Shown: positions 10,711 to 23,906, numbered from the stretch's first letter. The stretch: DNA of 51,147 nt from Octopus bimaculoides (GCF_001194135.2 NC_068995.1:34203453-34254599), one strand, 5' to 3'. Notes: generated by a model not told the origin, from the letters alone. Made by a program: numbers and translations.

Positions 10711-11318
10711 TACGCACATATACANNNNNNNNNNNNNNNNNNNNNNNNNNNNNNNNNNNNNNNNNNNNNNNNNNNNNNNNNNNNNNNNNNNNNNNNNNNN
10801 NNNNNNNNNNNNNNNNNNNNNNNNNNNNNNNNNNNNNNNNNNNNNNNNNNNNNNNNNNNNNNNNNNNNNNNNNNNNNNNNNNNNNNNNNNNNNNNNNNNN
10901 NNNNNNNNNNNNNNNNNNNNNNNNNNNNNNNNNNNNNNNNNNNNNNNNNNNNNNNNNNNNNNNNNNNNNNNNNNNNNNNNNNNNNNNNNNNNNNNNNNNN
11001 NNNNNNNNNNNNNNNNNNNNNNNNNNNNNNNNNNNNNNNNNNNNNNNNNNNNNNNNNNNNNNNNNNNNNNNNNNNNNNNNNNNNNNNNNNNNNNNNNNNN
11101 NNNNNNNNNNNNNNNNNNNNNNNNNNNNNNNNNNNNNNNNNNNNNNNNNNNNNNNNNNNNNNNNNNNNNNNNNNNNNNNNNNNNNNNNNNNNNNNNNNNN
11201 NNNNNNNNNNNNNNNNNNNNNNNNNNNNNNNNNNNNNNNNNNNNNNNNNNNNNNNNNNNNNNNNNNNNNNNNNNNNNNNNNNNNNNNNATGACATTCATA
11301 TATGACATTCATATAATA

Positions 11319-12212
11319 TGAAGGGGCACCCAAAAGAAACCGGAATTTTGCAATATTTTTTCACTTAGTTTTACATTTTTACAATTTTATCGCCTTCAAA
11401 GTATTTTCCGTTTGAAACAATGCATCGGTCCGGGTACATTTTCCACTGTTCGAAACAGTGCTGGAACTCTTGCGAAGTGATGCCTTTTAATACCTCCGTC
11501 GTTTTTTCCTTCATCTCTTCTACATCTGCAAATTCCATAGCACCAGCTTTCATCAGCAGTGATGATCTTCGAAAAAGGTCCGGATCAACTTTCAACTGTC
11601 CTTTCAGTTCATGACACGCATTCTGTCGTGTCTGATTTTGATCTTCCGTGAGCAAGCGGGACACAAATTTTGCTGCAACTCCTTTTATTCGCAATTCCTC
11701 GCTCAAAATTCGTTGGCAGGAACTCCAGAACACACCAGTCATATCAACAAGTTTGACAATTGTTCAGTGACGGTTCTCCAAGATCAGTTCATGAATTTTC
11801 GTGATGTTTTCATTCGTTTTGGAGGTCGACGGTCGTCTGGAACGAGGTTGGTCTTCAAGTGACAAGTAACCATTTCTATAGCGTGGAAACCACTCGTAAA
11901 CTTGTGTTTTGCTCATGGCAGCGTCCTTGTAAGCTGTTTCAAGTATGACAACTGTTTCGGCCGCCGTTTTTCCCAGCAGAAAACAGAATTTCACGGAAGC
12001 ACGCTGACCCTTCAGCCACCGCAAAAATCGACGAATGGGGGAGAAGCATTGCAAAAAAAGGTGAACCAGTGGCAGTATGACCATACAGGGTGACGCCAGT
12101 CGGCAGACCGATGACTGAGGGTTACATCAAGTGGCGTCTAGCGGCAGAAGCCTGAACTACAACGGACTTCTCCCACAGACAACGTTTCTGGTTACTTTTG
12201 GGTACCGCCCCG
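11319..12212 (-). mobile_element. Internally deleted mariner (non-autonomous)
   Basis: TIRs tgaaggggcacccaaaagaaaccggaa / ttctggttacttttgggtaccgccccg with TA flanks; HTH region (QRASVKFCFLLGKTAAET..QVYEWF) and C-terminus (YFEGD) present, most of the catalytic DDD region absent. Confidence 0.88.
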
Positions 12213-12284
12213 TATATATATATATATATNNNNNNNNNNNNNNNNNNNNNNNNNNNNNNNNNNNNNNNNNNNNNNNNNNNNNNN

Positions 12285-12343
<59 letters not shown>

Positions 12344-12801
12344 GAGGAGAGAGATAGGAAGAGAAAGAAAGGAGTGAGGGAGAGAGAAGGAAACTATGTA
12401 GAAGCTCCTCGTATATGCATGTGTGCATGTGTGCGTGCGTGTGTTTATGATTGTGTCTCCCAGCTTTGTCTGCATCACCGAAACTTAGCAATTTGGCAAA
12501 GAAGACTCAATAAAATAACAGAGCTTTAAATAGTAAATGCTGGAGTCAATTACATCCACAAAAAACCCTGCAAGGCGCTGCAATGTGGTAACGGGCAAAT
12601 GAATGAAACAAAAACATACATACATACATACATGCATACATACATACATAATACATACATACATACATACATACATACATAAGTGCGTACATACATACAG
12701 ACACGCATATATGCGCTGTCACATGCCCACACGCACACATAATACCACCTACTTACGTATATCGCTGTATGCTTGTGCACACAAAGACTCGCACACTCAC
12801 T

Positions 12802-12865
<64 letters not shown>

Positions 12866-13864
12866 ATTGAATGACGGTAGAGTTGGTATGTGATACATAG
12901 AAATGTCACAAGTCATGCCATAAAGCAAATTTACAGGAAAGAACAGTTACATGAAAAAGCGTGAATATAGTTGCATGCTACGAATCTAATATTCAATCAA
13001 AACAAAGACAACCACCCCAGGCCTGTTTTACAAAAATTCATACATCTATATTCTTAAACTTGTGCTAGTAGATATATTAGCTTTTCTGTTGCATTTTTCT
13101 TTATTTGGTTCTTTTTTTTGTTCTTTTTCACTTAGTCTTTATCTCCCGGGAAAACATTTCTTGTGATTCAATTTGCTTAGTTTTCAAGCTCTCCATATTT
13201 TGGATTAGAAACGGCCAAGATATAATATCTTTCTCATCCGTGAGCATACAACTACACGTTGAGGATTAATATATATATTGTTCGGAAAACGAGGAAACAT
13301 TCTCCAAATGTAGGTTACAAAAGTTTGCAAATATTCTGAAGTAAACTGTCTAGAGCTGAGGAGAAATATATAGCAACCGTGCATTAAACTCTGCATAGAG
13401 AGGACAGATACTATTACCACGTGTAAGGCAAGCTATCTTATTGATCGTATGAAGAATTAAGGAAATCATGCATTCTGCAGCGCAGTTTGTCTTCTCTACA
13501 CCAATACCCACGAGCTTTGATCCACTGGCAACGTCTCCTAACACACAAACAACATAATCCATTTCGTTCTCAGGCGTATATAACATATATCCTGTTAGTA
13601 CTAAGTGATTGGCTGGATTCTATTGTATAATATGAAGTAATACAGCTAAAAGTAGTAGAAAAGATTTACAGAGTGATTGGCAGGAGTTTTGAAGTGTAAG
13701 ATTAAGTACTATCAGTGATCTAGAGATCTAAATTTACATAATATTAGTATGTAAATCAGTAAAATAACGAGTGGCATATATTTGCAGAGTATTTGCGTGT
13801 ACCCAGTTTTGGTTAAATCTTCTATCATTTCAATGCATACACATTTATGCTTAAATTTCTATTT

Positions 13865-14163
13865 ATTGCACAATTCGATATACTGGCACGCCGTCGCTTA
13901 CAACGGCTGGGGTTCCAGTTGACCCTATCAATGAAACAACCACCTCATGAAATTAATGTGCAACTGGCTGAGCACTCCACTGACACGTGTACCCTTAACT
14001 TAGTTCTCAGTGAGATTCAGCGTGACACAATGTGAGAAGGCTTATTTGAAATACAGGTACAACTCAGTTTTGCCAGCTCAAAGACAAAATACGCTGCCGG
14101 GAATCGAACTCACAGCCTTACGTCTGTGAGCAGAATACTCTAACCAGTAAGCCACGCACCTTC
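13865..14163 (-). mobile_element. tRNA-derived SINE, family C
   Basis: Minus-strand head gtggcttactggttagag...gtgagttcgattcccggc; conserved body actggctgagcactccactgacacgtgtacccttaac. Confidence 0.7.
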
Positions 14164-14236
14164 AATTCGATGTAATGTCTAATAAAATAGATAACATACC
14201 GTCTTCAAAAAACCTCATAACAACTCCTTCTGTTAT

Positions 14237-14699
14237 AGGCACAAAGCCTGAAATTTTTTGGAGTAGGGCTAGTCGAAGTCATCGAACCCCAGTGCTTAAC
14301 TGGTATTTATTTTATCGACTCTGAAAAGATGAAAGACAAAGTCGACCTCGGCAGAATTTGAAGTCAGAGCGTAAATCCGGAAGAAATACTATTAAGCATT
14401 TTTCCGGCGTGCAAAGGATTCTGCTAGTTCGCCGCCTCTATAGCTCCTAATTATTAGTTTCAACTTTTGGCACAAAACCAGCAATTTCATGGGAAGAGTG
14501 TAAGCCCATTACAACGAACCCAGTGCTCAACTGGTACTTATTTTATCGTCCTTGAATGGAAGAAAGGTAAAGTCAACCTCAGCGGAATTTGACTTCAAAA
14601 GAAAGACGGACGAAATGCTGTCAAGCAGAACGTAAAGACAAACTAAATACCGCTAAGCATTTTGCCTGGCGTGCTAACGATTCTGTCAGCTAACCACCC
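14237..14699 (-). mobile_element. Two tandem SINE family B copies (14237-14437, 14457-14699)
   Basis: Both carry ttttatcg..c..gaa.g.a.gaaag.caaagtc.acctc.gc.gaatttga and gcta.cgattctg. Confidence 0.85.
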
Positions 14700-15309
14700 T
14701 TGTAGATCCTAATAATTATAACACGAAAGAATAAACCAACGAGGGAGTTACTACACGGTCGCTCGGGTTTCTAGAAATAGTAACCACACACTATTGAATC
14801 GCACACTATCGTTTTAAAAGAAGGGCCATTGGATAATGTAGTTTTAAAAGAAGGGCACATTGCATAACGTAGTTGTATAAACGTTATCTTTACTCTAAAA
14901 AAAAAAACAAAAGAGAAAAAGATGTATATTTACGACTGAAATTTCTTTCCTGAGGCTAAAGAACAAGAACAACAAGACGTATATTATTTTATCTGTGAAA
15001 TGGGCTATTTAGTTACAACCATTAAGAATAAACTTGAAAACAATTGAGATATTTCATCTTTCACATTTGAAATACATAGTTAAAGGCAGTTTCTGTCTGT
15101 ATAGTTGACAACATACCAATGTTAGAGTTTACTTTCACTTTCCTTTCAAGTTACTTTCAGATATCTTCCTAAGAGATCGATGTTTGATATTCGTGGAACA
15201 CTAAATAACAATATCTTTTGAAATCACTCTCTCCTCTCCCGATCATATTTACATATTTCCTTGGCTTTTAGATATTTGGTACTTTTCAGCTGCTTGACTT
15301 TTCCCAGAC

Positions 15310-15554
15310 GATGATGATGATGATGGTGATGAGGACGAAAATGGGATGGAGGAGGATTACCACCCCCCACAATCATCATCGTCTTCAACGTCCGCCTCAT
15401 CGTCCTCCTCGGCATCTGCCTACTCCTTGTCCACCTTCTCGCTGTGTTCCTCCACTCTGTCGTTCTTTTCCACGTTGTCTTCCTCGTCCTTGTCGTCCTA
15501 GTCCAAGTTGTCCTCCTCCTGCTTGTCCTCTTCCTCTTCCCCGTCGTCGCCGTT

Positions 15555-15587
<33 letters not shown>

Positions 15588-15630
15588 CTCCTCCTCCTCG
15601 TCATCATCATCATCATCATCATCATCATCT
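15310..15630. repeat. Low-complexity GAT/TCC/TCG/TCA trinucleotide region
   Basis: Homopolymeric translations in all frames; in-frame stops in the Ser-rich and acidic frames. Confidence 0.8.
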
Positions 15631-16019
15631 GGCTATGAATATCATTACCTTGATCTTTATATTCTTATTTTTCATTTTGTTGTCTTCTAATTTTATTAAT
15701 TTCTTCCTATCTGTTCTCATTTAATTTTCACCGAATGATAAGCTGGTGGTGTTAAACTAGACAGTGGATTGAATCTACCTCTTATGTAGGTCACGGAAGG
15801 ATTTAATATTTGCTGTGGTCGTTATGTATCATTCACTGCAATTTCAAGAATATCTCATGTTTTTGTTAATTTATAGTTCTGTGACTGATTACAGCGATTG
15901 CTTGGACGCGTCTTTACGAAGGCTGGCATTTGTTGGCCGATATGACAATGGATATACGCTTGGAAAGTCTTGCTTCAGCCCTGTATGCTTTACTTTATCA
16001 GGTAGCCATTTTTTATACC

Positions 16020-16083
<64 letters not shown>

Positions 16084-16225
16084 CCTGTCTGTCTGTCTGA
16101 CTTGCTCCTTCCCTCTGTCTGTCTGTCCGTCCTTCCGTCTATGTATCTTTTTATCTGTCTGTCTGTCTTTCTGTACATTTGTCCATCTGTCCGTCCGTTC
16201 GTCCTTCCATCCATCCATCTGTCTA

Positions 16226-16286
<61 letters not shown>

Positions 16287-16320
16287 GTCTGTCTGTCTGT
16301 CTGTCTGTCAGTCAGTCTGT
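16020..16320. repeat. Compound tetranucleotide microsatellite (TCTA/TCTG/TCCG/TCCA)
   Basis: Directly visible. Confidence 0.95.
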
Positions 16321-16645
16321 CTGTGTAAACATACACACATACACACACATGTACGTATGCATAGTATTCGTGATTTGTTGTTTTCGGGCAATAATGCTAA
16401 GTGTTCACATCTGTGTTTTAGAAGTGTGTAGGTTCTGTTATGATCGTCTGTTGGTAAAATAAATTTTCCCCTCATATCTTAAATTTTGGTGTAGTTGACA
16501 TTACCGAAATACATAACCCTACAGCTTATATTTTATAAATCCCATCCAACTTCTAAATTCCACCTAACTTTCTCTGAATATTTAATTAGTATACCTAATA
16601 GAACTTTCTACTATAGTAAAACTTAGCTTTACATAACAGACTTAC

Positions 16646-16739
16646 CATCCTTGATCTTGAGCTAATCCGAGCTTTAGAATGTTTTACTATTATTGGAAGT
16701 TATCTTTGACATCACACAGAATTAATGAATTCTATTTGA
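16646..16739 (-). other. Candidate 5'-UTR exon ending in ATG
   Basis: Strong acceptor ttttctcttcctctgtcag| and donor aggATG|gtaagt; all three frames have stops. Confidence 0.3.
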
Positions 16740-17345
16740 CTGACAGAGGAAGAGAAAACGCTGTTCTGAGCAATAAGAGTATTCATAGAACCATAAAATC
16801 AGCTGTATACACGAAAATGCAGACTTATACACATCTGCACGTACAAGCACATACTCGTATTCTCTATCACTCATACCCATTTGTACACACGCACACACAT
16901 ACAGACGCAGGCGCACACACAGATACACAGACGTAGGCGCACACACAAACACACAAGCATGCACACACAGGCATGCACACAAAAGCACGCACACACACAC
17001 ACACACACACACTAAGAAGCTCACAGAACCCCGTAAAATGAATTGTTTCCAATGTACTTGAATAAATATTTTAAAAACATTCTTATCTTTTAAAATGTCT
17101 ATGGTACCGTATTAAAATAAGTTAATAGATTCCAGTTTTACTTTCGTTTCAGGCATATCTGCTGTAGTTTATTTTTAACCATTAAAACTACTTTTTAAAG
17201 TTTTCCTACTTCATATACTTGTCCACTTAAATGACAAATTTTCACATTAGTCTAAATCTAGCAATAACATTATAATAATCACAATGATACTCATTATAAT
17301 TTCTACAATCATGATACAATCAGTTCAATATCAGTATACGCTGTA

Positions 17346-17532
17346 CAAGGGGGTGCTGAAAAGTTCCTGGCTTTGTGTAAAATAAAATACAGGAGGATCA
17401 GTAAATTACGATTTTATTCAGCATATTCCCCTTCAGTTTTTCTAAATTCCACGGAAGAACTCGGAAGATTGGGCCTCCAACTAGGCCTTTCGCGATACTC
17501 TTAAAGCCAGGAACTTTTCAGTACATCCCTCG
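17346..17532. mobile_element. mariner-derived MITE
   Basis: TIRs caagggggtgctgaaaagttcctggcttt / aaagccaggaacttttcagtacatccctcg flanked by TA; 187 bp; no ORF. Confidence 0.85.
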
Positions 17533-18156
17533 TAAAACACTATCAAAATAATAAAATGGATGTAGACCATTTAAAACAGGAACACTCAAATTGTTTATCG
17601 TGGCCCTCTTTTTCTTTTTCTTTACATTTGTCCATGCCACATGTATATATCATATCTTACTTAAAAATATCTTTGTGTATCCTCACCCCTATTTCGTCAC
17701 TGGCAATGCTTATGTTAGTAAAAGACTACCTAAAAGTCACCATTTGCTCAAACACATTAAACATGAAATAGTTTAGAGAAAAGATACGAGGCCCACAGAG
17801 GGTCCACTAATCAGCTGTGATCTACTTATTGCCCACATACAGTAGATAAATCTACAACACATTTCAATTTCCCAATAAATGCTGTTTAGTAGAATGCGGT
17901 GAGCTAGCAGAATAAATTTCACGTAATGAGAAATTTTGGTTGTAAGAACTTACAAGAGTTTCGTGAATTCACTTCCAGTAATGGAATCATTCAACCACAG
18001 CAGTGGTTGTCATTCAACCACGGTGGTGGTTGAATATATTCTTAAGTCCACCATTTCGTCAATCGCAGCAGCTTCCAAGCTTCACCATTTATTCAGTTCT
18101 CAACTAAACTGCAAACTGTTAACAGTTTTAGAGAGGACACCTCCTCAGCCATTCTA

Positions 18157-18630
18157 AGGCGGCGGGCTGGCAGAAACGTTAGTGCACCGGGCGAAATGCT
18201 TAGCGGTATTTCTCCTGTCTACGTTTTGAGTTCAAATTCCGTAGAGGTCGACTTTGCTTTTTATCCATTTCGGATCAATTCAATTTGACGTACAGATTAT
18301 TTAATTAATTTTTTCACCTATATACTTTGAAACTTCCGATACTGGTACAATGTGTCTCATACAACAGAGTTTACTCTTAAAGTTTTTAACAAAATTTTGT
18401 ATTTTAGAATCTGTATTTCGTCTGTCTTTACATTGTGAGTTAAGATTCCGCCGAGGTCACCTTTGTTTTTTCATCCATTTCGGATCTATTCAATTTGACG
18501 TACAGATTATTTAATTAATTTTTTTTAACTAAACACTTTCAAACTTCCGATACTGGTAGAATGTGTCACATAGAACAGGGTTTACTCTTAATGTTTTTGA
18601 CAAAATTTTGTATTTTAGAAGTTATTTCGT
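18157..18630 (+). repeat. SINE family B 5' part followed by a ~210-bp tandem duplication (about 18215-18420 and 18421-18630)
   Basis: ccatttcggatc.attcaatttgacgtacagattatttaattaatttttt and aaacttccgatactggta.aatgtgtc occur twice. Confidence 0.8.
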
Positions 18631-18733
18631 CAGAAGTTACAGAATGACAATGGACAAATTCGTGTTTGATAAGTGCCAATACAACATCGAAAAATAACTT
18701 AGGAATGAGAACCTAGGTTCGAAATTTCCCCAA

Positions 18734-18774
18734 GACACCTGATGAAGGCTGGCGAGTATATCAGCCGAAACGTT
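18734..18774 (+). ncRNA. Hammerhead motif with damaged stem I, in a pseudo-LTR-like fragment (about 18630-18830)
   Basis: GACAC-CUGAUGA-A-GGCUGG-CGAGUAUA-UCAGCC-GAAA-CG-UU; the 3' strand of stem I does not pair. Confidence 0.55.
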
Positions 18775-19369
18775 TGCAACAAACAAGATGAGGACAAATA
18801 TCCGTCAAATGTAAATAATGCAAGTAATATTTGTCCTATACTTTTACAGGTGTAATAACTTGCCTGTTTATAATCTAGGTTTATAATCTTAAGAATATTA
18901 CTTTACATGCTCGCATTTTTCCATGTAAGAATAAATACACTGAAATATGTACAGGAATGAAAAGACGAAACCAAGACAACACTGAAGGTAAATATTTGCT
19001 TATGTCTATGGAATCACTTGAGGATAAACATATATTCATATTTGACAAGTATATAAATTCGAAGTAAGGTAACAAGATTTGATTTGATATCGACGTTATT
19101 TATTGGGGCGAGATTGTTGTAACTCGAGTAAAGTCAATTATTCTGGCTTTTCTTCTCTTCATACTTCCAGCTAATTATTTAAACAATATATTATTGGTCA
19201 GCCAAGAAGAAGAGAATGTTCGCACAGATAAGTAAAATTCCTAATAAGGATTCCAAGGCCATTAACCTGGTTAGAAGAACAGCTATATGAAAACAGATTT
19301 GATAGAAGGAAGTTTTATGAGAGGTTTTCGCTGTGCTCAGTTTTTCAAACATTTGTGTTACGTGCTAAT

Positions 19370-22290
19370 CCGTATGTGATTTAGAATTCTTATAAAGTAT
19401 TTTTCTTTTCCTTTTCGTAGTTGAACATTTTCATTGTTTATTTTGTAAAATAGGAATATTTTAAATTTTCCATTCGTACAGATATCTGGAAGTTCACTTC
19501 ATTGGACATTCCTAACAGATGACTCCCTAATTTGTTGTTTAAGCATATTTACAAGGCTGGTCATTTTCCTTCTTGTCTCCCCAATATAGTTTTCATTGCA
19601 TTGTGGGCATGTGATGCAGTAGATGAGGTTTTTTGTTTTGCAATTCATGTTTGCATTCACTTTTAATTCCCTCCCATTCTTAAGTCATTTGGTTGTCCCT
19701 TGCTTAATTAATTCACATGTCTCACAACAGGGGTCTCCACAGTTGGCTACTTGCATCATTTTTTTCAAATGTAAATCTCGCCTTTGTTAAGAGTCTCTTA
19801 AGGTCAAGTGGTTGTCTTCAATTGTTGATAATTTGTGATTTTTTAAATTTTTCGTTGGAGATTTGGTCATAGATGTAGAATTGGGAGGTATAGTTTGGCC
19901 GAGTGCAGGATGTTGTGGTTTCTAGGATTGTGGGTGACTACAAACGGAATATTTGTATCTGTATTTTCGTTTTCATACTTAGTGTGAGTGTTTCTTCGTA
20001 AGGTAGCGATCGAGATTTCCTTTGCTTTTGTTATGGCATATTGAATTAACTTGGAGTATTATTGTTTCTGAAGGAATATATTAAATTCTGCCAGTCGTTT
20101 CTCTCATCTAACAGTGTCTGTGACTATTGCGCATATGCATCTTGCCATATCATATGGTATATTCTTTTTTGTATGGGAAGGGTGATAAGATGTAAAATCT
20201 AAATATTGGTGTGTGTCTGTGTTCTTGTAGTAGCGGTCAGTTATCACTGTCTCATGTTCTTTAATTATCAGAATATCCAGAAAGGAGACTTCTTTTTCAT
20301 TCATTTCCATATTGAATTGGATTTGGACATGAATGCTATTTATTAATTTAAGAAATTTTGCAACGTCCTCCTTGCTTGGGTTCCAAAATATGAAGAAGTC
20401 ATCTAAGAATCTTTTCCAGTTTCCTATAAGGTAAGTTTGGAAGTGGTGGTCAAAAGTAGTTCTGGATAGGGTTTTTTTTTCTTCCTTCCAGGTATCCCAT
20501 TACTTGTGTGGAAAATGTTGGTGCGACCTTCGTTCCCATCTCTGTGCCTTGTATTTGTAGATAATATCGATTATCACAGAAGAAGTAGCTGTTTTACCAG
20601 TACTATCTGCAAATTCTTTTGAGAATCTCTCCTGAATTTTTTTTGTAGGTGTTTGTTAATCCAGAATTCTACTGCTTCTAGTCCATATATATGGGGAATA
20701 TTTGTGTAGAGAATAGTTACGTCGAGTCTAACTAGTACCATCTCTTTATTTGCCTATTCTGGGATATGGCTTAAGAAGTCCATGTCATCTCTGATGAAAA
20801 AATTATGTCCAGCAAGTTGCTTAATCTTAGGTTGCTGGATGCTGGTCCTGCAGCAACCGGACGCAATTTGAGAACAATTGGTTTGAGAATCTTTACATAC
20901 GGAGTATGGAGATCCTTTAAGCTGTTGATCTGTTTGGATTTATGTATTTTAAGAAGTCCATAAAAATTACTTGTTTCCAATTCCTTTTTTAAGTCAATCT
21001 TGAATTTGCTGGCAAATTTACCAATTTTACTCATAGTTCGTTTATGAGCATTGCTATTCAGTTTTCTGTAGAATTGCTGGTCACTGAGTTGTTCTAAGAC
21101 CATTTCCATGTAATGGGTCTTGTCCATTATTTCAATGGCTTCTCTTTTGTCAGCTTCTTTAATGGCTATAGATGAGTTTTCTTGGAGATATTGTAATGCT
21201 TTTTGTTCCTCATCTGGAATATTTTGTTTTATAGGGTTTGCTGGAATGTTTGAGTTAGCAGACCTTCTCAGGTATATTATATATTCCTCTAGGTGTTTGT
21301 TTCTGTATACCGGAGGTTTAAAACCTGTTTTGTTCTGCAGAAGCTATCGCTGTGATTGTTCTGAACGAATTCTTGTAGGCGAAGTTTTCTGCAAAATTCC
21401 TCGGTATCTTTTATAAGGTCGGTTGTTTTGGATTTGGGAGTTGGTGTGAATTTTAGTCCATATTCTTTTATTCTTTTATTCTTTTATTTGTTTCAGTCAC
21501 TTGACTGCGGTCATATTGGAGCACTACCTTTAGTCAAACAAACCGACCCCAAGACTTATTCTTTGTGTGCCTACTACTTATTCTATCGGCCCCTTTGGCC
21601 GAGCTGCTAGGTCACGGGGACGCAAACACACCAGCATCGGTCGTAAAGCGATGGTGGTGGTGGTGGTGGGAGGGACAAAACATATATATATACGCGACAA
21701 GCTTCTTTCAGTTTCCATATACCAAGTCCACTCACAGATTTGGTCAGCCCGAAGCTATAGTAGAAGACACTCGCCCAAGGTGTTACGCAGTGAGACTGAA
21801 ACCGGAACGATGTGTTTGGCTACGCCTGCGCCTATATTGTAGAATTTTTATTTCACTTTTCATTGATTCTATTGTGAGAGGTTGATTATTTTGGGGTCAG
21901 TTGATTCAATATTTTCTTGACTCTTTGTATCATTAATGTTTTCTTTCGTTTTTGGTTGGAGATCATCTTGCTTAAAAAAAGGGAGTTTGTCATTGGTCTC
22001 TCAATCATTCCGTTATGTTGGAAGGGATTTTCCCAGTCGTTGTACCATCTATCTTGGTATTTTCGTCTGTTTTTAGGATTGTTGTGCTTTAAGAAGTTTG
22101 TTTGTGTTCGTCTGTGCGTGTGTATTCTTGTAATTGTTGTTTTTTTGTTTGTTTTTCCAGTGTTGACGTTCGCAATTTTTTGATGGGGCTCATCCTCTTG
22201 TGTATGCCACCATTTCTGGCACTAAAATGAAAGCCTGGAACGGGGTGATGTATTTGGGAATTTATTGTTCCCAATATTTTGCAAGGAGTA
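19370..22290 (-). mobile_element. Penelope-like retroelement (RT + GIY-YIG), pseudogenised, with a SINE inserted
   Basis: SNFYGLLKIHKS..LRPVAAGP; LDVTILYTNIPH; GTEMGTKVAP; WKRFLDDFF; VSFLDILI..YYKNTDTHQYLDFTSYHPSHTKKNIPY; NCKTKNLIYCITCPQCNENYIGET; many stops and frameshifts. Confidence 0.93.
21463..21832 (-). mobile_element. SINE family A (head + tail) nested in the Penelope element
   Basis: Matches 24079-24790; (TCTTTTAT) tail; short atatt duplication at the flanks. Confidence 0.85.
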
Positions 22291-22658
22291 CATACACACT
22301 ATGAAGAAAACACGTCTTAGTAAACTCGTCATAAAATCGTCGTACTTTTAATACAACTTCGACACAAATCTGTTCCCCCCACCACACACGCACATACATA
22401 CAAATATAAACATGCATAGAAATATTCATACCTATCCATAAACATATACAGGTTTTAAAGCCTTATGATCACTTATATAGATGTTATTGTCTTTTAATAA
22501 CGTGTCCGATAACATTTGGAACTGGCTATGCTTATTCAACTGTTTTTCACTGTTAATACCGATTAGATGCCATCTCACATATTCCGATAGTCCTAACCAA
22601 CCTTAACCAACCCAGTCTTCAGTTCCTCACTCTACCTCTTTCCCATATACATTACACT

Positions 22659-22661
22659 AAA

Positions 22662-22695
<34 letters not shown>

Positions 22696-23089
22696 TTATG
22701 TTTGACTTTTGTTTTGCATTTGTACAAGTTGGATCCAAGTCTCACCCAGAGACCTCAAGAGACAACAAGTTAGAAGTTCATGTAGGTTATTATTATTATT
22801 ATCNNNNNNNNNNNNNNNNNNNNNNNNNNNNNNNNNNNNNNNNNNNNNNNNNNNNNNNNNNNNNNNNNNNNNNNNNNNNNNNNNNNNNNNNNNNNNNNNN
22901 NNNNNNNNNNNNNNNNNNNNNNNNNNNNNNNNNNNNNNNNNNNNNNNNNNNNNNNNNNNNNNNNNNNNNNNNNNNNNNNNNNNNNNNNNNNNNNNNNNNN
23001 NNNNNNNNNNNNNNNNNNNNNNNNNNNNNNNNNNNNNNNNNNNNNNNNNNNNNNNNNNNNNNNNNNNNNNNNNNNNNNNNNNNNNNAAA

Positions 23090-23123
<34 letters not shown>

Positions 23124-23231
23124 TTATGTTTGACTTTTGTTTTGCATTTGTACAAGTTGGATCCAAGTCTCACCCAGAGACCTCAAGAGACAACAAGTTA
23201 GAAGTTCATGTAGGTTATTATTATTATTATC
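22659..23231 (-). mobile_element. Probable R4/Dong-like LINE 3' end within (ATT)n, duplicated across an N gap (22659-22803 and 23087-23231)
   Basis: Minus strand ...gaggtctctgggtgagacttggatcc...aaaacaaaagtcaaacataaa(ata)n; Dong elements are known to target TAA repeats; family call is from recall. Confidence 0.5.
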
Positions 23232-23868
23232 ATTATTATTATTATTATTATTCGCAGAATCATAGGATCAATATAAGTTGTAATGTTATTGTCCGCTAAA
23301 TATAATAAAAATAGACTGTTCATAGCCTTGAACAGAATGCAGAAAAAAACAACAAAAACAAGACAAGGTTGGTCGGTAGTAACAAAAACACCATCCTCAT
23401 AATCATCTTCCATCATCGTCATCACCGTCGCTGTTGTTGTCATTGTCGTCATCAGCATCATCATCATTATCATCGTCTCTACTTATTCTGCATCTGTATA
23501 ACGATCTACGACAATATACAAGGAGTCTCCTCATCAAAAAATACAACTACTACATCCAGCACAACTAATGTGACATTTTTACGAATTAAATCTGAACAAT
23601 AATCACAAAATTCGGTAAATACTGTACAAAATATCCATTGAAATGTCACCTGTTGCCAATTATAGCTATGTTATTGTTTTTGTTCTTAGATGATCTTGGA
23701 ATTTTGTAAAATCACTGAAGATAAAGTGATTTTCCATCTAATAAAAGCTAGTGATTAAGATGGAGACATACAAATACACTTATTTTACGACGATGCATTT
23801 AAGTAACGATAACTATACTACACACAAACATACGCACGCACACAGATACACAATACACACAAATACAC

Positions 23869-23906
<38 letters not shown>

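Noticed and set aside
15224-15724. Acidic, Ser-rich or Arg-rich ORFs
   Set aside because: Trinucleotide low-complexity sequence with internal stops in the plausible frames and no credible splice context
16440-16620. SCRVMYFGN on the minus strand, resembling the CR1/L2 RT C-terminus (KCKVMHFG)
   Set aside because: A single short motif; flanking RT motifs are not recoverable by eye
17930-18157. Plus-strand 73-aa ORF and a minus-strand gtaagt-bounded segment
   Set aside because: All minus-strand frames have stops; the plus-strand ORF lacks an ATG and any recognisable homology
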